Of a stretch of 64,000 nt of DNA, positions 39,067 to 49,346 are shown one piece after another. A model generated the notes under the pieces. That model made no database searches. It had not been told where the DNA came from and worked only from the letters and a program-made list of their open reading frames with translations. The translations under genes and the position numbers were made by a program. The DNA comes from Candidatus Cloacimonadales bacterium (GTDB lineage: Bacteria; Cloacimonadota; Cloacimonadia; Cloacimonadales; JAFGVF01): contig OY759729.1 in NCBI GenBank assembly GCA_963662585.1, positions 3,136,001 to 3,200,000 of the forward strand, given 5' to 3'. The stretch's first letter is position 1, and each line of letters begins with the position of its first letter.

Positions 39067-40440
39067 ATGGATAAGATGCCATACGCTGAACCATATAAAA
39101 TAAAAATGGTTGAAGCAATTAAATCTACAACTAAAGAAGAAAGAATTGAGGCAATAAAAAAAGCAGGTTATAACCTATTTAATCTCCGTTCTGAAGATGT
39201 TCTTATCGACTTAATTACAGACTCTGGAACTGGCGCAATGAGCGACAAACAATGGTCTGCAATGATGCTAGGTGATGAAGCCTATGCTGGTTCTCGCAGT
39301 TTCTTCAAAATGAAAGATACAATAAAAGAAATCTTAGGTTTTGATTTCGTTTTACCAACTCACCAAGGCAGAGCTGCTGAGAATGTTCTTTTTTCAGCTT
39401 TAGTTAAAGAAGGGGATATTGTCCCTGGTAATAGCCATTTTGATACAACAAAGGGTCATATTGAATATCGTAAAGCTTCATGTATAGATTGTACAATTGA
39501 TGAAGCCTTTGACCCGACTTTAATTCATCCTTTCAAAGGTAATGCTAATTTAGAGAAATTAGAAGATAATATCAAAAAATATCGTGCTAATATTCCTTTT
39601 GTTATTATGACTGTTACCTGTAATAATGGTGGTGGACAGCCAGTTTCCTTAGAAAATCTTAAAGCTGTTAGAGCTCTTTGCGATAAATACGAACTTCCTC
39701 TTTTCTTTGATTCTGCCCGTTTTGCTGAAAATGCATATTTTATTAAACAACGCGAAGCAGGATATGCTGATAAAACTATCAAAGAGATTGTAGCAGAGAT
39801 GTTTGTTCTTGCTGATGGTATGACTATGAGCTCTAAAAAAGATGCAATAGTTAATATTGGTGGCTTTATTGCCATGCGCAGTGAAGAACTCTACAAAAAA
39901 TGTTCAGTTTTTAACATTATGTTTGAAGGCTATTTAACTTATGGTGGAATGGCTGGTAGAGATATGGCCGCTCTTGCTCAAGGTTTAGATGAAAATACAG
40001 AATTTGATTACCTCCATGCTAGAATTTCCCAAGTGGCTTATCTTGGTCAAAGACTAAAGGAAGAGGGTATTCCTGTCATGGAACCATTCGGTGGTCATGC
40101 AATTTATTTAGATGCTTTACGCTTCTTACCACACATTCCTCAAGTAGAATTTTCTGCTCAAGTCTTGGGTATCGAACTTTATATTGAAGCTGGTGTTAGA
40201 GGAGTTGAAATTGGTACAGTTCTTGCTGATAGAGACCCTATTACTAGAGAAGAGAGACCACCAAAAACTGAACTTCTTCGTTTAGCAATCCCACGCCGTG
40301 TTTATACTAACAATCACATGGAAGTTATTGTTTGGGGTTGTAAGAAAGTTTGGGAAAGAAGAAATGAGTTAAAAGGATTGGAATTAGATTATGAAGCTCC
40401 AATTATGAGACACTTCACAGCTACTTTCAAGAGAAAATAA
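39067..40440 (+). CDS. tnaA: Tryptophanase (beta-eliminating lyase)
   Basis: IDLITDSGT, GDEAYAGS, HQGRAAE, MSSKKD (PLP Lys). HFDTT and RHFTA favour tryptophanase over tyrosine phenol-lyase (YFTTT, RFFTA). Confidence 0.88.
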   Translation: MDKMPYAEPYKIKMVEAIKSTTKEERIEAIKKAGYNLFNLRSEDVLIDLITDSGTGAMSDKQWSAMMLGDEAYAGSRSFFKMKDTIKEILGFDFVLPTHQGRAAENVLFSALVKEGDIVPGNSHFDTTKGHIEYRKASCIDCTIDEAFDPTLIHPFKGNANLEKLEDNIKKYRANIPFVIMTVTCNNGGGQPVSLENLKAVRALCDKYELPLFFDSARFAENAYFIKQREAGYADKTIKEIVAEMFVLADGMTMSSKKDAIVNIGGFIAMRSEELYKKCSVFNIMFEGYLTYGGMAGRDMAALAQGLDENTEFDYLHARISQVAYLGQRLKEEGIPVMEPFGGHAIYLDALRFLPHIPQVEFSAQVLGIELYIEAGVRGVEIGTVLADRDPITREERPPKTELLRLAIPRRVYTNNHMEVIVWGCKKVWERRNELKGLELDYEAPIMRHFTATFKRK

Positions 40441-40489
40441 AGAAAATATCTATTTAAGAATAAAAGCAAGACTTTAGATAAATGAAAGA

Positions 40490-40531
40490 ACTCCTTCTTC
40501 CTTCTTCTTTTAGAGGGAAGAAGGGGTCTTA
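40490..40531 (+). terminator. Hairpin after tnaA
   Basis: actccttcttcc / ggaagaaggggt stem. Confidence 0.5.
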
Positions 40532-40572
40532 TAGTGCTAAGAGGCTTGCCTAATATCCAAAGGAAGGTTGGT

Positions 40573-41826
40573 ATGATAAACTGTTATAATGTGTTAAAAG
40601 AATTAGATTTTGAACATCTAGCTGCTTCTCCAGAAGAGGCAAAAGCTCGAGAAATTATTAAAAAGTACCTTGATGAAGCAAAGATTAGCTATGAAGAACA
40701 GGCTTTTACAATGTTTGCTTTTGATACTGGAACAAGCCAAATTCAAGCTGATGATATTAAGATCAACACTCTTCCATTTGGGTTAATTGAATCTCAAACT
40801 ATTACTGGAGAGTTAGTAATCTTAGATAACATAAAGGTAGTAGAATACAATTATGGAGCCTTCAACGATAAAATTATTATGTGTAAAGGTGCTGATCGTA
40901 ATTCTTTTGATATTATGTTAAAACAAGGTGTGAAAGCTTTTATTGCTATTAGTGCACCTGATAAAGAGGCTTCTAATTCTTCTCACAGACAGCAGAATGT
41001 TGAAACAGGTTTATTACCAGCTGTAACAATTACTTATGATGATGCCGTGAAATTACTTCCTAAGAATGGTAGCCAAATAACTTTAACTATTGAACAAAAA
41101 AGATTTGAAAGAAGTGCCTATAATATAATTGCTACAATAGGCCAAGCTAAAATAGACGAAAATATTACTTATCTTACTGCTCACTATGATACTGTAGCTC
41201 GCTCTCATGGTTCTTCGGATAATGGCGCTGGTACTGTTGTGATTCTTAAAACAGCTCAATACTTTGCTCAAAAGAATCCTGGAAGAGTTCTAAAAGTTAT
41301 CTTCTGTAGTGGGGAAGAGATGGGTCTTCTTGGTTCAACAGCTTATGTAGAAAATCATCTTGAAGAGATAAAAGAAAAGGGCTCATTTGTGGTGAATGTA
41401 GATGTTGCTGGAGATTACTTTGGTACTGATAGAATGATGGTCATTGGAAGCAATGACTTAAAAGGCTACATGAGTGGCATTTCTAAAGAAGCAGGTTATT
41501 GCTTTGACGATGTTTTAAATATTTATAGCTCTGATGCTATGCCTTTTGCTGTTCATGAAGTACCATCCGTAAATTTAGCTCGTTTTGGTGGCTCTGCTTC
41601 TACAAAAATACACACTATAAATGACGATATGACTGATATATATGATAAAAATCTAGACTTTTACTTTAATGCTACTGTTAATATTTTAGAAAGAGTTTTA
41701 AACTCTAAAGTATGGAGCATTTCTAAAGATTTCGATCCTTCTCTAAGAGCTAAGATTGAAAGATATATGTGGGGCTCACGCAGGGTTGATCCTAAATTAG
41801 ATTGGACTCCTGCTTATAAAAAGTAA
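40573..41826 (+). CDS. M28 family metallopeptidase with PA-like insert
   Basis: AHYDT, GSSDNGAG, GEEMGLLGS, VNVDV, SSDAMPF, IHT..D; ATG 40573 after AGGAAGG. Confidence 0.88.
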   Translation: MINCYNVLKELDFEHLAASPEEAKAREIIKKYLDEAKISYEEQAFTMFAFDTGTSQIQADDIKINTLPFGLIESQTITGELVILDNIKVVEYNYGAFNDKIIMCKGADRNSFDIMLKQGVKAFIAISAPDKEASNSSHRQQNVETGLLPAVTITYDDAVKLLPKNGSQITLTIEQKRFERSAYNIIATIGQAKIDENITYLTAHYDTVARSHGSSDNGAGTVVILKTAQYFAQKNPGRVLKVIFCSGEEMGLLGSTAYVENHLEEIKEKGSFVVNVDVAGDYFGTDRMMVIGSNDLKGYMSGISKEAGYCFDDVLNIYSSDAMPFAVHEVPSVNLARFGGSASTKIHTINDDMTDIYDKNLDFYFNATVNILERVLNSKVWSISKDFDPSLRAKIERYMWGSRRVDPKLDWTPAYKK

Positions 41827-41954
41827 GAAGAGTACTTGTTAATTCGCAATGGAATTATAGAGTTAGTTAGTGTCTAACAAAAAAGATATAACTTATCATT
41901 GACAAATTAGCAGTCTCTAAAGATTACTGCAAGAAAAATAATTTCGAGGTAAAT

Positions 41955-42797
41955 ATGGAAAATAAAAAGAAAGAAGAAGATGCTCTCAAAGAGACTCAAT
42001 ACCAAGATAATCTCTCAAGAATAAAGAATCGTATTGTTGTAATTAGTGGTAAAGGTGGAGTTGGGAAATCAACTACTGCTGTTAACCTTGCTTATGGCTT
42101 AGCTTTCTCAGGTAAGAAAGTAGGTATTATAGATGTTGATGTGCACGGACCTTCCATCGCTAAAATGATGGGCATTGAAGGTAAATTACTTCAAGCTGAT
42201 CCAAAAACTGGCAGACCAGTTCCGATAAAAGTTCATGATAATATGTTTGTTTTGACTATTGCTACTTTAATGCCAAATTCCGATGATCCTCTAATCTGGA
42301 GAGGACCTCTAAAAATGGGTATTATTAAGCAATTCTTGCAAGACATAGAATGGCCAGAGATTGATTATTTAGTCGTAGATTGCCCTCCTGGTACTGGTGA
42401 TGAACCACTTTCTATTATTCAATTATTAGGTAATGTAAATGGTTCTGTAATTGTTTCTACTCCTCAAGATGTTGCATTCTTGGATGCGAGAAAGACAATT
42501 AAATTCTCTGAAAAAATGGGCGTTCCAATCTTAGGGTTGATAGAAAACATGGCATCCTTTGTTTGTCCTCACTGTGGTGAAGCAATTGATTTATTCACAG
42601 GAGAAGGGGCTGTAAAAGCTGCTGCAGATTTTGGGGTTGAGATCTTAGGACATATTCCTGTCGATTTAAATATCCCTAAAACTACAGATCAAGGAAGACC
42701 ATACATTTACGACTTCGGTAAAACTGTAGGGGCTAAAGAATTCACTAAAGTTGTGCACAGAATTATCGAAAAAGTAGAGAATGTTAAAGTAAACTAG
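41955..42797 (+). CDS. mrp: Mrp/NBP35 (ApbC) Fe-S carrier ATPase
   Basis: SGKGGVGKST, DVDVHGPS, IWRGP, DCPPGTGD, TPQ, ENM..F.CPHC. Confidence 0.93.
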   Translation: MENKKKEEDALKETQYQDNLSRIKNRIVVISGKGGVGKSTTAVNLAYGLAFSGKKVGIIDVDVHGPSIAKMMGIEGKLLQADPKTGRPVPIKVHDNMFVLTIATLMPNSDDPLIWRGPLKMGIIKQFLQDIEWPEIDYLVVDCPPGTGDEPLSIIQLLGNVNGSVIVSTPQDVAFLDARKTIKFSEKMGVPILGLIENMASFVCPHCGEAIDLFTGEGAVKAAADFGVEILGHIPVDLNIPKTTDQGRPYIYDFGKTVGAKEFTKVVHRIIEKVENVKVN

Positions 42798-42816
42798 AAA
42801 AATGTTATAAATAAAT

Positions 42817-42852
42817 TAGAGGCGTAATTACATATTGCGTCTCTATTTTTTT
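42817..42852 (+). terminator. Intrinsic terminator after mrp
   Basis: tagaggcgtaa / ttgcgtctcta stem (with G-U pairs) followed by T7. Confidence 0.65.
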
Positions 42853-42871
42853 AAGATGAAAAGGAAAACTG

Positions 42872-44119
42872 ATGTTGTATGATGTAATTATTGTGGGGGC
42901 TGGAGCTGCTGGAATGATTTGTGGCGGATATATTGCTCAAAGTGGATTGAATGTGCTTATTATTGAAAAGAAAGATAATCCTGGACTTAAATTAAGAATT
43001 ACAGGGAAAGGCAGATGTAATATAACTAATAAATCTTCACTTAAAGAGCATTTGGATAATATTCAGCCCAAAGCAAAATTCTTAAAAAGTGCTTATAATA
43101 AGTTTTTTGTAGATGACACAATTGCTTTTTTTGAATCTCAAGGTGTGGCTGTCAAAGAAGAGAGAGGAGCGAGAATCTTTCCTGTCTCTGATAATGCTCA
43201 AGATGTTGTGAATGCTTTACATAAATTTTGCCTTAATAACAATGCTTCTTTCAAGCTAAATACTACTATTTCAAGCATTACAAGTCTTGCAGATAAGTTT
43301 ATTCTAAGTGATGCTAATGATAAGCTATATGAATGTAAATCATTGGTTATCGCTACTGGTGGTTGCTCTTACCCAGTTACCGGTTCAACAGGAGATGGAC
43401 AAAGATTTGCTAAGGTTTTGGGACACACTATTAATGAATTAAAACCAGGTTTAGTGCCTTTCAATACTAAAGGTGATTTAGCCCAGAGAATGCAAGGTGT
43501 TTCCTTAAAGAATGTTACTGCTTCTCTTTGGCACAATAACAAAAAGCTAGTAGAAGAGTTTGGGGAAATGATGTTTACTCATTTTGGAGTAACAGGTCCA
43601 ATTATTCTTTCTTTAAGCAATAAAGTTGCTGATTTACCAGTTAATGATTTAGAACTCAGAATTGATTTAAAACCAGCCTTAGACCATAATAAACTTGATG
43701 AAAGAATCTTAAGAGATTTTAATGAGCATGGTAAAAAGAAATTTGAATCTATCTTAAAGTTACTTCTACCCAATAAAATGATTGCGGTTTGCGCTGAAGA
43801 AATCAAAATTCCTCTTGATACAATAGTTAATCAAATAACAGCCAACCAGAGAAAAACTCTTAGATTATGGTTAAAAAATCTTTCACTTCCTCTTCAATCC
43901 CTTAGATCATTTAAAGAGGCAATTATAACTATTGGAGGAGTTTCCACTAATGAAGTTGATAAAAATAGCTTTGAATCAAAAGTAATCTCTAATCTGTATT
44001 TCTGTGGTGAAGTATTAGATCTTCATGCTAATACAGGGGGATTTAATCTGCAGATAGCTTTTTCAACAGGTTACTGTGTTGCAAAGGCTATTGAGGCTAA
44101 ACTTACGAAATTTAATTAG
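42872..44119 (+). CDS. HI0933/BaiN-family NAD(P)/FAD-dependent oxidoreductase
   Basis: GAGAAG, ITGKGRCNITN, ATGG.SYP.TGSTGDG, FTHFGVTGP, TGGFNLQIAFSTG. Confidence 0.92.
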   Translation: MLYDVIIVGAGAAGMICGGYIAQSGLNVLIIEKKDNPGLKLRITGKGRCNITNKSSLKEHLDNIQPKAKFLKSAYNKFFVDDTIAFFESQGVAVKEERGARIFPVSDNAQDVVNALHKFCLNNNASFKLNTTISSITSLADKFILSDANDKLYECKSLVIATGGCSYPVTGSTGDGQRFAKVLGHTINELKPGLVPFNTKGDLAQRMQGVSLKNVTASLWHNNKKLVEEFGEMMFTHFGVTGPIILSLSNKVADLPVNDLELRIDLKPALDHNKLDERILRDFNEHGKKKFESILKLLLPNKMIAVCAEEIKIPLDTIVNQITANQRKTLRLWLKNLSLPLQSLRSFKEAIITIGGVSTNEVDKNSFESKVISNLYFCGEVLDLHANTGGFNLQIAFSTGYCVAKAIEAKLTKFN

Positions 44120-44171
44120 ATTTTAATTCATTTATTAGTAATAATTCCCTAGATTTTAACTGAGTCATCCT

Positions 44172-44234
44172 TACTCCTTCACACTGAAATCAATAATTCT
44201 TTGAATTTTTTTCCTGATGAGAATGGAGTAGCAG
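44172..44234. repeat. Imperfect long hairpin element (same family as 27598-27661)
   Basis: tactccttcacactga ... tgatgagaatggagtagcag. Confidence 0.45.
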
Positions 44235-44302
44235 TTATCGAGTAGTTGATTAAGCTGGGAGAAAGACTGAGAATTAAAGAGACTGAGTTTTAGAGCTAAT
44301 GT

Positions 44303-44555
44303 CAAGAAACCACTCCTATGGAGCGAAGAAGATGTTCTTGGCGTGATCTATGTCTACCAAGAAATCACTCCTATGGAGCGAAGAAGATTATTTTGGTGTA
44401 ATCTATGTCTACCAAGAGACCACTCCTATGGAGCGAAGAAGATGTTTATCTTGTTAATCTTGGGATGCCAAGAGGTCTTTTCAGCAAGCTCCAGAGGAGC
44501 TATTTCTTTGTAGAACTAAGGTTGTCTCTAGAAAGAATTCGCTCCGTAGGTGCGA
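44303..44555. repeat. REP-like array: three 55-bp tandem units plus two inverted partial copies
   Basis: caaga(a/g)a(c/t)cactcctatggagcgaagaagat at 44303, 44358 and 44413; inverted agctccagaggagctatttctttgtaga (~44487) and ttcgctccgtaggtgcga (~44538). Confidence 0.85.
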
Positions 44556-44580
44556 ACAGAGGTTAATTTAAATGACAATA

Positions 44581-44612
44581 AAAAAAAGACTGAGGAAAAA
44601 ATCTCAGCCTTT
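44581..44612 (-). terminator. Intrinsic terminator of the CoA-transferase operon
   Basis: Minus strand ggctgag-attttttc-ctcagtc followed by T7. Confidence 0.6.
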
Positions 44613-44637
44613 TCTTACAATATTTATAAGTAATTAT

Positions 44638-45309
44638 TTAAACATCAAATTCTTTAATATTATCGGCAAGTATTAAATCTGCTTCAGTGTGAGCTAGCAC
44701 TTCTTCAACAGTTAAACCTGCTGCAATTTCTTCTAAAACTGCACCTTGTTCAGTAATTCTGATAAAGGCCATATCAGTAACAATGAGAGTAACTTTACCC
44801 TTGGCAGTAAGAGGAAGAGTACACTCTTTAAGAATCTTGGAATTTCCATGTTTATCGCAATGTTCCATTGCAACTACAACATTCTTAGCACCTGTTACTA
44901 AATCCATAGCACCACCCATTCCAGGAACCATTTTACCAGGAATCATCCAGTTTGCTAAGTTACCTTGACCATCAACTTGTAAAGCGCCGAGAACAGTCAT
45001 ATTTAGATGACCACCTCTAATAATAGCAAAACTTGTAGCAGAATCAAAATAACAAGCACCAGGCAAGGCTGTAATATGTCCACCACCTGCATTGATTAAA
45101 TCTTCATCTTGGTTTTCAGGAGCTGGAGCAGGACCTACACCCATGATACCATTTTCGCTTTGGAAGTGTACTGTTATGCCCTCAGGGATGAAATTGGCAA
45201 CTAAGGTAGGAAGACCAATTCCTAAATTAACAAAGTCACCATCGTGCATTTCTTGAGCGATTCTATTGGCTATAAGAGCTCTTTTGTAATTTTTATCATT
45301 TCTATCCAT
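44638..45309 (-). CDS. atoA: 3-oxoacid/acetate CoA-transferase subunit B
   Basis: VNLGIGLPT, QSENG (catalytic Glu), IRGGH, GMGGAMDLV, CTLPLT. Confidence 0.9.
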   Translation of the reverse strand: MDRNDKNYKRALIANRIAQEMHDGDFVNLGIGLPTLVANFIPEGITVHFQSENGIMGVGPAPAPENQDEDLINAGGGHITALPGACYFDSATSFAIIRGGHLNMTVLGALQVDGQGNLANWMIPGKMVPGMGGAMDLVTGAKNVVVAMEHCDKHGNSKILKECTLPLTAKGKVTLIVTDMAFIRITEQGAVLEEIAAGLTVEEVLAHTEADLILADNIKEFDV

Positions 45310-45962
45310 TATGCCTCCCTTTTTACTAAGTAATCAACAAAGACACCTGGGGTAACTATCTCTTCAGCAGATAAGTGGCCAGCTTCAACGATTTCATCTA
45401 CTTCAGCAATTGTGATTTTTCCTGCCATAGCCATAATAGGATTACTGTTTCTAGCTGTCTTGTTATAAATAAGATTACCTAATGTATCAGCTTTAAAAGC
45501 TCTAACTAAGGCATAATCTGCATTAATAGGTTTCTCTAAAATATATAGCTTACCTTCTGATTCAATTACAGCTTTACCTTCTTGAGCAAGAGTTCCTAAA
45601 CCTGTTTGAGTAAGAATTCCACCTAATCCAGCACCGGCAGCTCTAACTCTTTCCATTAGGGTTCCTTGAGGAACTAATTCAATATCCATAAAACCAGCAT
45701 TCATTTGAGCTTGAATTTCTCTATTTGTACCTAAATGAGAAACTTGTGCTGATTTCAATTGTTTGTTAGCAACTAACTTGCCAATTCCTCTATTTTCATA
45801 ATCAGAAGCGATAACAATTGCGTGTAAGTCTTTTACATTGGTTTTCACTAATTCATCAATTATTGTTTCTGGGGCACCAACCGCTAGGAATCCACCAATC
45901 ATAAGTCTATCATTGGGTTTTATCATCTCAGCAGCTTGTTTAGAAGTAATAACTTTTGCCAT
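45309..45962 (-). CDS. atoD: 3-oxoacid/acetate CoA-transferase subunit A
   Basis: MIGGF..GAP, PQGTLMERVRAAGAGLGG, D..GNL, ARNSNP, TPGVFVD. Confidence 0.9.
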   Translation of the reverse strand: MAKVITSKQAAEMIKPNDRLMIGGFLAVGAPETIIDELVKTNVKDLHAIVIASDYENRGIGKLVANKQLKSAQVSHLGTNREIQAQMNAGFMDIELVPQGTLMERVRAAGAGLGGILTQTGLGTLAQEGKAVIESEGKLYILEKPINADYALVRAFKADTLGNLIYNKTARNSNPIMAMAGKITIAEVDEIVEAGHLSAEEIVTPGVFVDYLVKREA

Positions 45963-46391
45963 TTTGACTCCTATTATAATGATTTTTTGCTACTTAAATC
46001 GTTTTGGGTAAATTAGTCAATGAAAATCTTATTTGCTGGCTTTAAAAAGTAAGAAAGTCCTAGCAAGAAAACACAAGATGTAAGCTTATAATGTTTATAA
46101 TTACATAAATTAGTTTTTTATAAGCTTAACAGAAAATTATGGTAAAAGAATTTACCAATGAAAGATAAAAATATATCTATTTTATCTCTAGCAAAATTTA
46201 GGAGAAAAGCTGAATTAAAAGGCTTTAGATTATCACTTGTTTACGATTATAATAAATAAAAATATTGTCAATATTAAGCTATGTTAAAAAAAAATATTTT
46301 AAATACTTGACAACCAATTTAGCAAAGTGTTATTTTGAAATTGATATATCTATATAATGTTAACTCTAAAAATAATAAAAGGGGTAGGGAA

Positions 46392-48809
46392 ATGCGAAAG
46401 ATTATTATTACTTTGTTATTGCTATTGAATTTGAGTTTATATGGCTTATTAACTGTTAGTGAATTTGGAGGATTTACTCCCTATATGCATATCCAAGATG
46501 CAATTGATGATGCTACAGTGAATGACACTATATTAGTTTATCCTGGTACTTATTATGGAAATTTAGATATTAGTTATGCCAGAAATTTACATATCATCTC
46601 TTTAGAAGCAATTGAGCATGATTCGACATATATTTCTCAAACTATTATAAATGGGTCTCATGAATTTGGCTCAGTAATTCACATTTCTCACAATCTAGCT
46701 GGATGTAGGATTCAAGGTTTTACTATCACTGGAGGCTCTTATAGTAATAATCCCGATATTGAAGTTTTTCAGGGAGGAGGATTATTTGTTGAAAAAGGAC
46801 ATGTTTCTCTCATCAATTCTGTCGTGGAGTATAATCATGCACATTACGGGGGTGGGATTTCAATAATTCCAGGAGGATCATTAATACTTGCAGGTACTAC
46901 AATTAGAAATAATGTTGCTTTTGCTAGGGGTGGGGGAATTAACATTCAAAGTATCTCTTCTGAAGTTGATGGACCTTCAATAATCTTTGATTCAGTAAAT
47001 CGTTCTTCAATCTATGATAATTGTTCGAGCTTAGGTATTGATATTTACTTCTCAAATAATGAAGAAGAAAACTGTCAACTATATCTAGATAAGTTCACAG
47101 TAATGAACCCAAGTAGATATTATATTGATCATTCCTCTTCGGCACCTGGAAACGATCCGATGGATGGTCTAACACCATTTAGTTTAATTAATATTCAAGA
47201 GGGAATTCATCAACTAATTGATGCAGATCTTTATGTATCTAATGAGGGAAATGATGCTAATAGTGGGTTAACTCCAGACGAGCCTCTTAAAACAGCTTTT
47301 AAAGCATTTCAACTTATAAACAGCAATCCTACTAATCCTAAAACTGTACATCTTGCAGCAGGGGAATATCAAAGCACTGCTCATGGCCTAGATAATGTCC
47401 CTATCGCCTTAAAGAGTTATACTTCCATAGAAGGGGTTTCTCCGGAGGAAACAAGTATCATTTTTAATGGTAAAATGGAATATGGTAAAGTCGGGATTAT
47501 TAACTGTTCAAGCAAATTTACAGATGATATTGCAATAAAGAATCTCACTCTAACAAATACCAATGGATCAGTAATTTCTTCTTCTCGAACATCGAATGTT
47601 AACTTAGAAAATTTAATCCTCGAAAATTCTTATGGTGTCAGTGATCCAGTATTGTATTTGAAAACTTGGGGAGATGATACGAATGTTGTAATGAATAATA
47701 TCACTATTAGGAATAATACAACGAATGGTCAAACATATACAGTTGGTGAGATCTCTGCAAGTAATATATTTATGAACAATATAATAATTGATAATAATCA
47801 TAATGATTTCGATTTTGATAGCTATTTTGGCATTGTAGAAATAAGCCATAGTGATAGGCTAGTGATAAAGAACTTTAAGTTTATCAATAATAGATGTCAA
47901 TCTTTTCACTGTGATCATGAAATGAGAATAATGAGCAGTACGGATGGAGCTGGTGCAGATGTCATTATTGATAATATGCTTTTTGCAAACAACTATATGA
48001 GAGGACAATATGGAACAAGTTTAGTAGTGTTATCGGGTAATATTATTATGAATAATAGCACTATAGCTAATAATTGTTCTTCTTCGGATTATAGTATGGT
48101 CGTCGGCTCGACAGAGGGTACAAAAATACTGAATTCTATTATTGCAAACAATGAAGAGCCAAGTGCAATATACAGTAATAGTATAGTAAGCGTTGAGAAT
48201 ATTCTTTTTAATCTTCAAATGGCTAACCTATTTTGGGGCTACTCAAATTTAGTGGTTATAGGGGCTGATAATCTTTTCAATACAGACCCATTGTTTGTTC
48301 AGGGGGATCCAGAAGATGCATCTTACTATCAGTTAAGATATAGCGAAATTGATGGTTATTCACCAGCTGTAGATTCAGGAACAGAAAGCTTTGATTTCAT
48401 GCCAGATTGGTATGAGTTAAGTGAATATGATTTAAATGGAAATCCTAGGATATCAGGTGAAAGAATCGATTTAGGTTGCTTTGAATATCAGTTCCCTACT
48501 GATAATAATGATAGTGAAATTCTAAATAATGAAAAATTGACCTCGGTTAACTACCCTAACCCATTCAATCCAGAAACCACAATAGAATTTAATAATCCAC
48601 TTCAGGGTCAAGTGAACATTAATATCTATAACTTAAAAGGACAACTGGTTAAAAATCTATTAGAAGATAATTTAAAGCAAGGAGTGCATAAAGTTATCTG
48701 GCAGGGAAGAGATAGTAATGATAAGCAAGTCGCAAGTGGTGTTTATTTTTACAAAATCTCAAGTGGGAATAAGCAAAGTGTAATCAAGAAAATTATCTTG
48801 TTAAAATAA
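46392..48809 (+). CDS. Secreted right-handed beta-helix (pectin-lyase-fold/DUF1565-like) protein with choice-of-anchor-Q-like region and FlgD-Ig/T9SS-like CTD
   Basis: Signal peptide from ATG 46392; IQDAID..DTILVYPGTY, GGG repeats, LYVSNEGNDANSG, SPAVDSG..DLNGNPR..IDLGCFE, NYPNPFNPETTI. Confidence 0.82.
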   Translation: MRKIIITLLLLLNLSLYGLLTVSEFGGFTPYMHIQDAIDDATVNDTILVYPGTYYGNLDISYARNLHIISLEAIEHDSTYISQTIINGSHEFGSVIHISHNLAGCRIQGFTITGGSYSNNPDIEVFQGGGLFVEKGHVSLINSVVEYNHAHYGGGISIIPGGSLILAGTTIRNNVAFARGGGINIQSISSEVDGPSIIFDSVNRSSIYDNCSSLGIDIYFSNNEEENCQLYLDKFTVMNPSRYYIDHSSSAPGNDPMDGLTPFSLINIQEGIHQLIDADLYVSNEGNDANSGLTPDEPLKTAFKAFQLINSNPTNPKTVHLAAGEYQSTAHGLDNVPIALKSYTSIEGVSPEETSIIFNGKMEYGKVGIINCSSKFTDDIAIKNLTLTNTNGSVISSSRTSNVNLENLILENSYGVSDPVLYLKTWGDDTNVVMNNITIRNNTTNGQTYTVGEISASNIFMNNIIIDNNHNDFDFDSYFGIVEISHSDRLVIKNFKFINNRCQSFHCDHEMRIMSSTDGAGADVIIDNMLFANNYMRGQYGTSLVVLSGNIIMNNSTIANNCSSSDYSMVVGSTEGTKILNSIIANNEEPSAIYSNSIVSVENILFNLQMANLFWGYSNLVVIGADNLFNTDPLFVQGDPEDASYYQLRYSEIDGYSPAVDSGTESFDFMPDWYELSEYDLNGNPRISGERIDLGCFEYQFPTDNNDSEILNNEKLTSVNYPNPFNPETTIEFNNPLQGQVNINIYNLKGQLVKNLLEDNLKQGVHKVIWQGRDSNDKQVASGVYFYKISSGNKQSVIKKIILLK

Positions 48810-49081
48810 TTTGAAACACCCCCTGTGTCCCCCTCACGGAGGGGGATTGTATGGTGGGAAACAACACTGTCGCTGCCACCGCTCTTTTAGCGTACCTTCA
48901 GCACTAAAGCGGGGAGTTTAAGATTCACGGACTAAAGGTCCGTAACCCCAGTTAATGGAAGCAGGGACGCTTCCATTCCATAGGAAAACACCCCCTATTT
49001 CCCCCTCACGGAGGGGGATGTACCCTCGCTGAGGGGGATTTAGGAAGAAACACCCCGTCTTCTTCGCTGCCACCACTCTTT
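48547..49081 (+). repeat. ~530-bp direct repeat copy 1 (CTD-coding DNA plus GC-rich palindrome cluster)
   Basis: Nearly identical to 53191-53724 (offset 4644 bp). Confidence 0.92.
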
Positions 49082-49346
49082 AAAACACTGCATTGCAATG
49101 ATGAGGGGAATTATTATTACCTGAGTTTGAATAAATCTATTAAAAATCTTTTTTTTGTAAAGAGATACCAAAAATCAGAGAAGATGACTATGTAAATACT
49201 TTGAACCCTTGAGGACGACAATATGCAAGATTAATTATTGCTCAAGAATTCAGACTCAAATGTTTTTATACTAGTGGGGAATGCTTGTTTTGAAAGGTCC
49301 ATGTTCTGCATCAAGCTCGCTTTAACAAAACCCCTAATCTCCTTAA

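Noticed and set aside
39067..40440. Tyrosine phenol-lyase
   Set aside because: Diagnostic residues (HFDTT, RHFTA) match tryptophanase.
44287..44298. GTTTTAGAGCTA, identical to the start of the type II-A CRISPR repeat
   Set aside because: Single 12-mer in AT-rich DNA with no repeat continuation, anti-repeat or cas9; likely chance.
44303..44460. CRISPR array
   Set aside because: The 24-bp 'spacers' are near-identical to each other, inverted copies follow, and no cas genes are in the window.
48810..49110. Integron attC sites or tRNA genes in the palindrome cluster
   Set aside because: No RYYYAAC...GTTRRRY-bounded structure, no integrase, and no cloverleaf or TTCGA T-loop context.
49110..49346. 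Possible gene remnant between the repeat and the sigma gene
   Set aside because: The frames I translated were short and unrecognisable.
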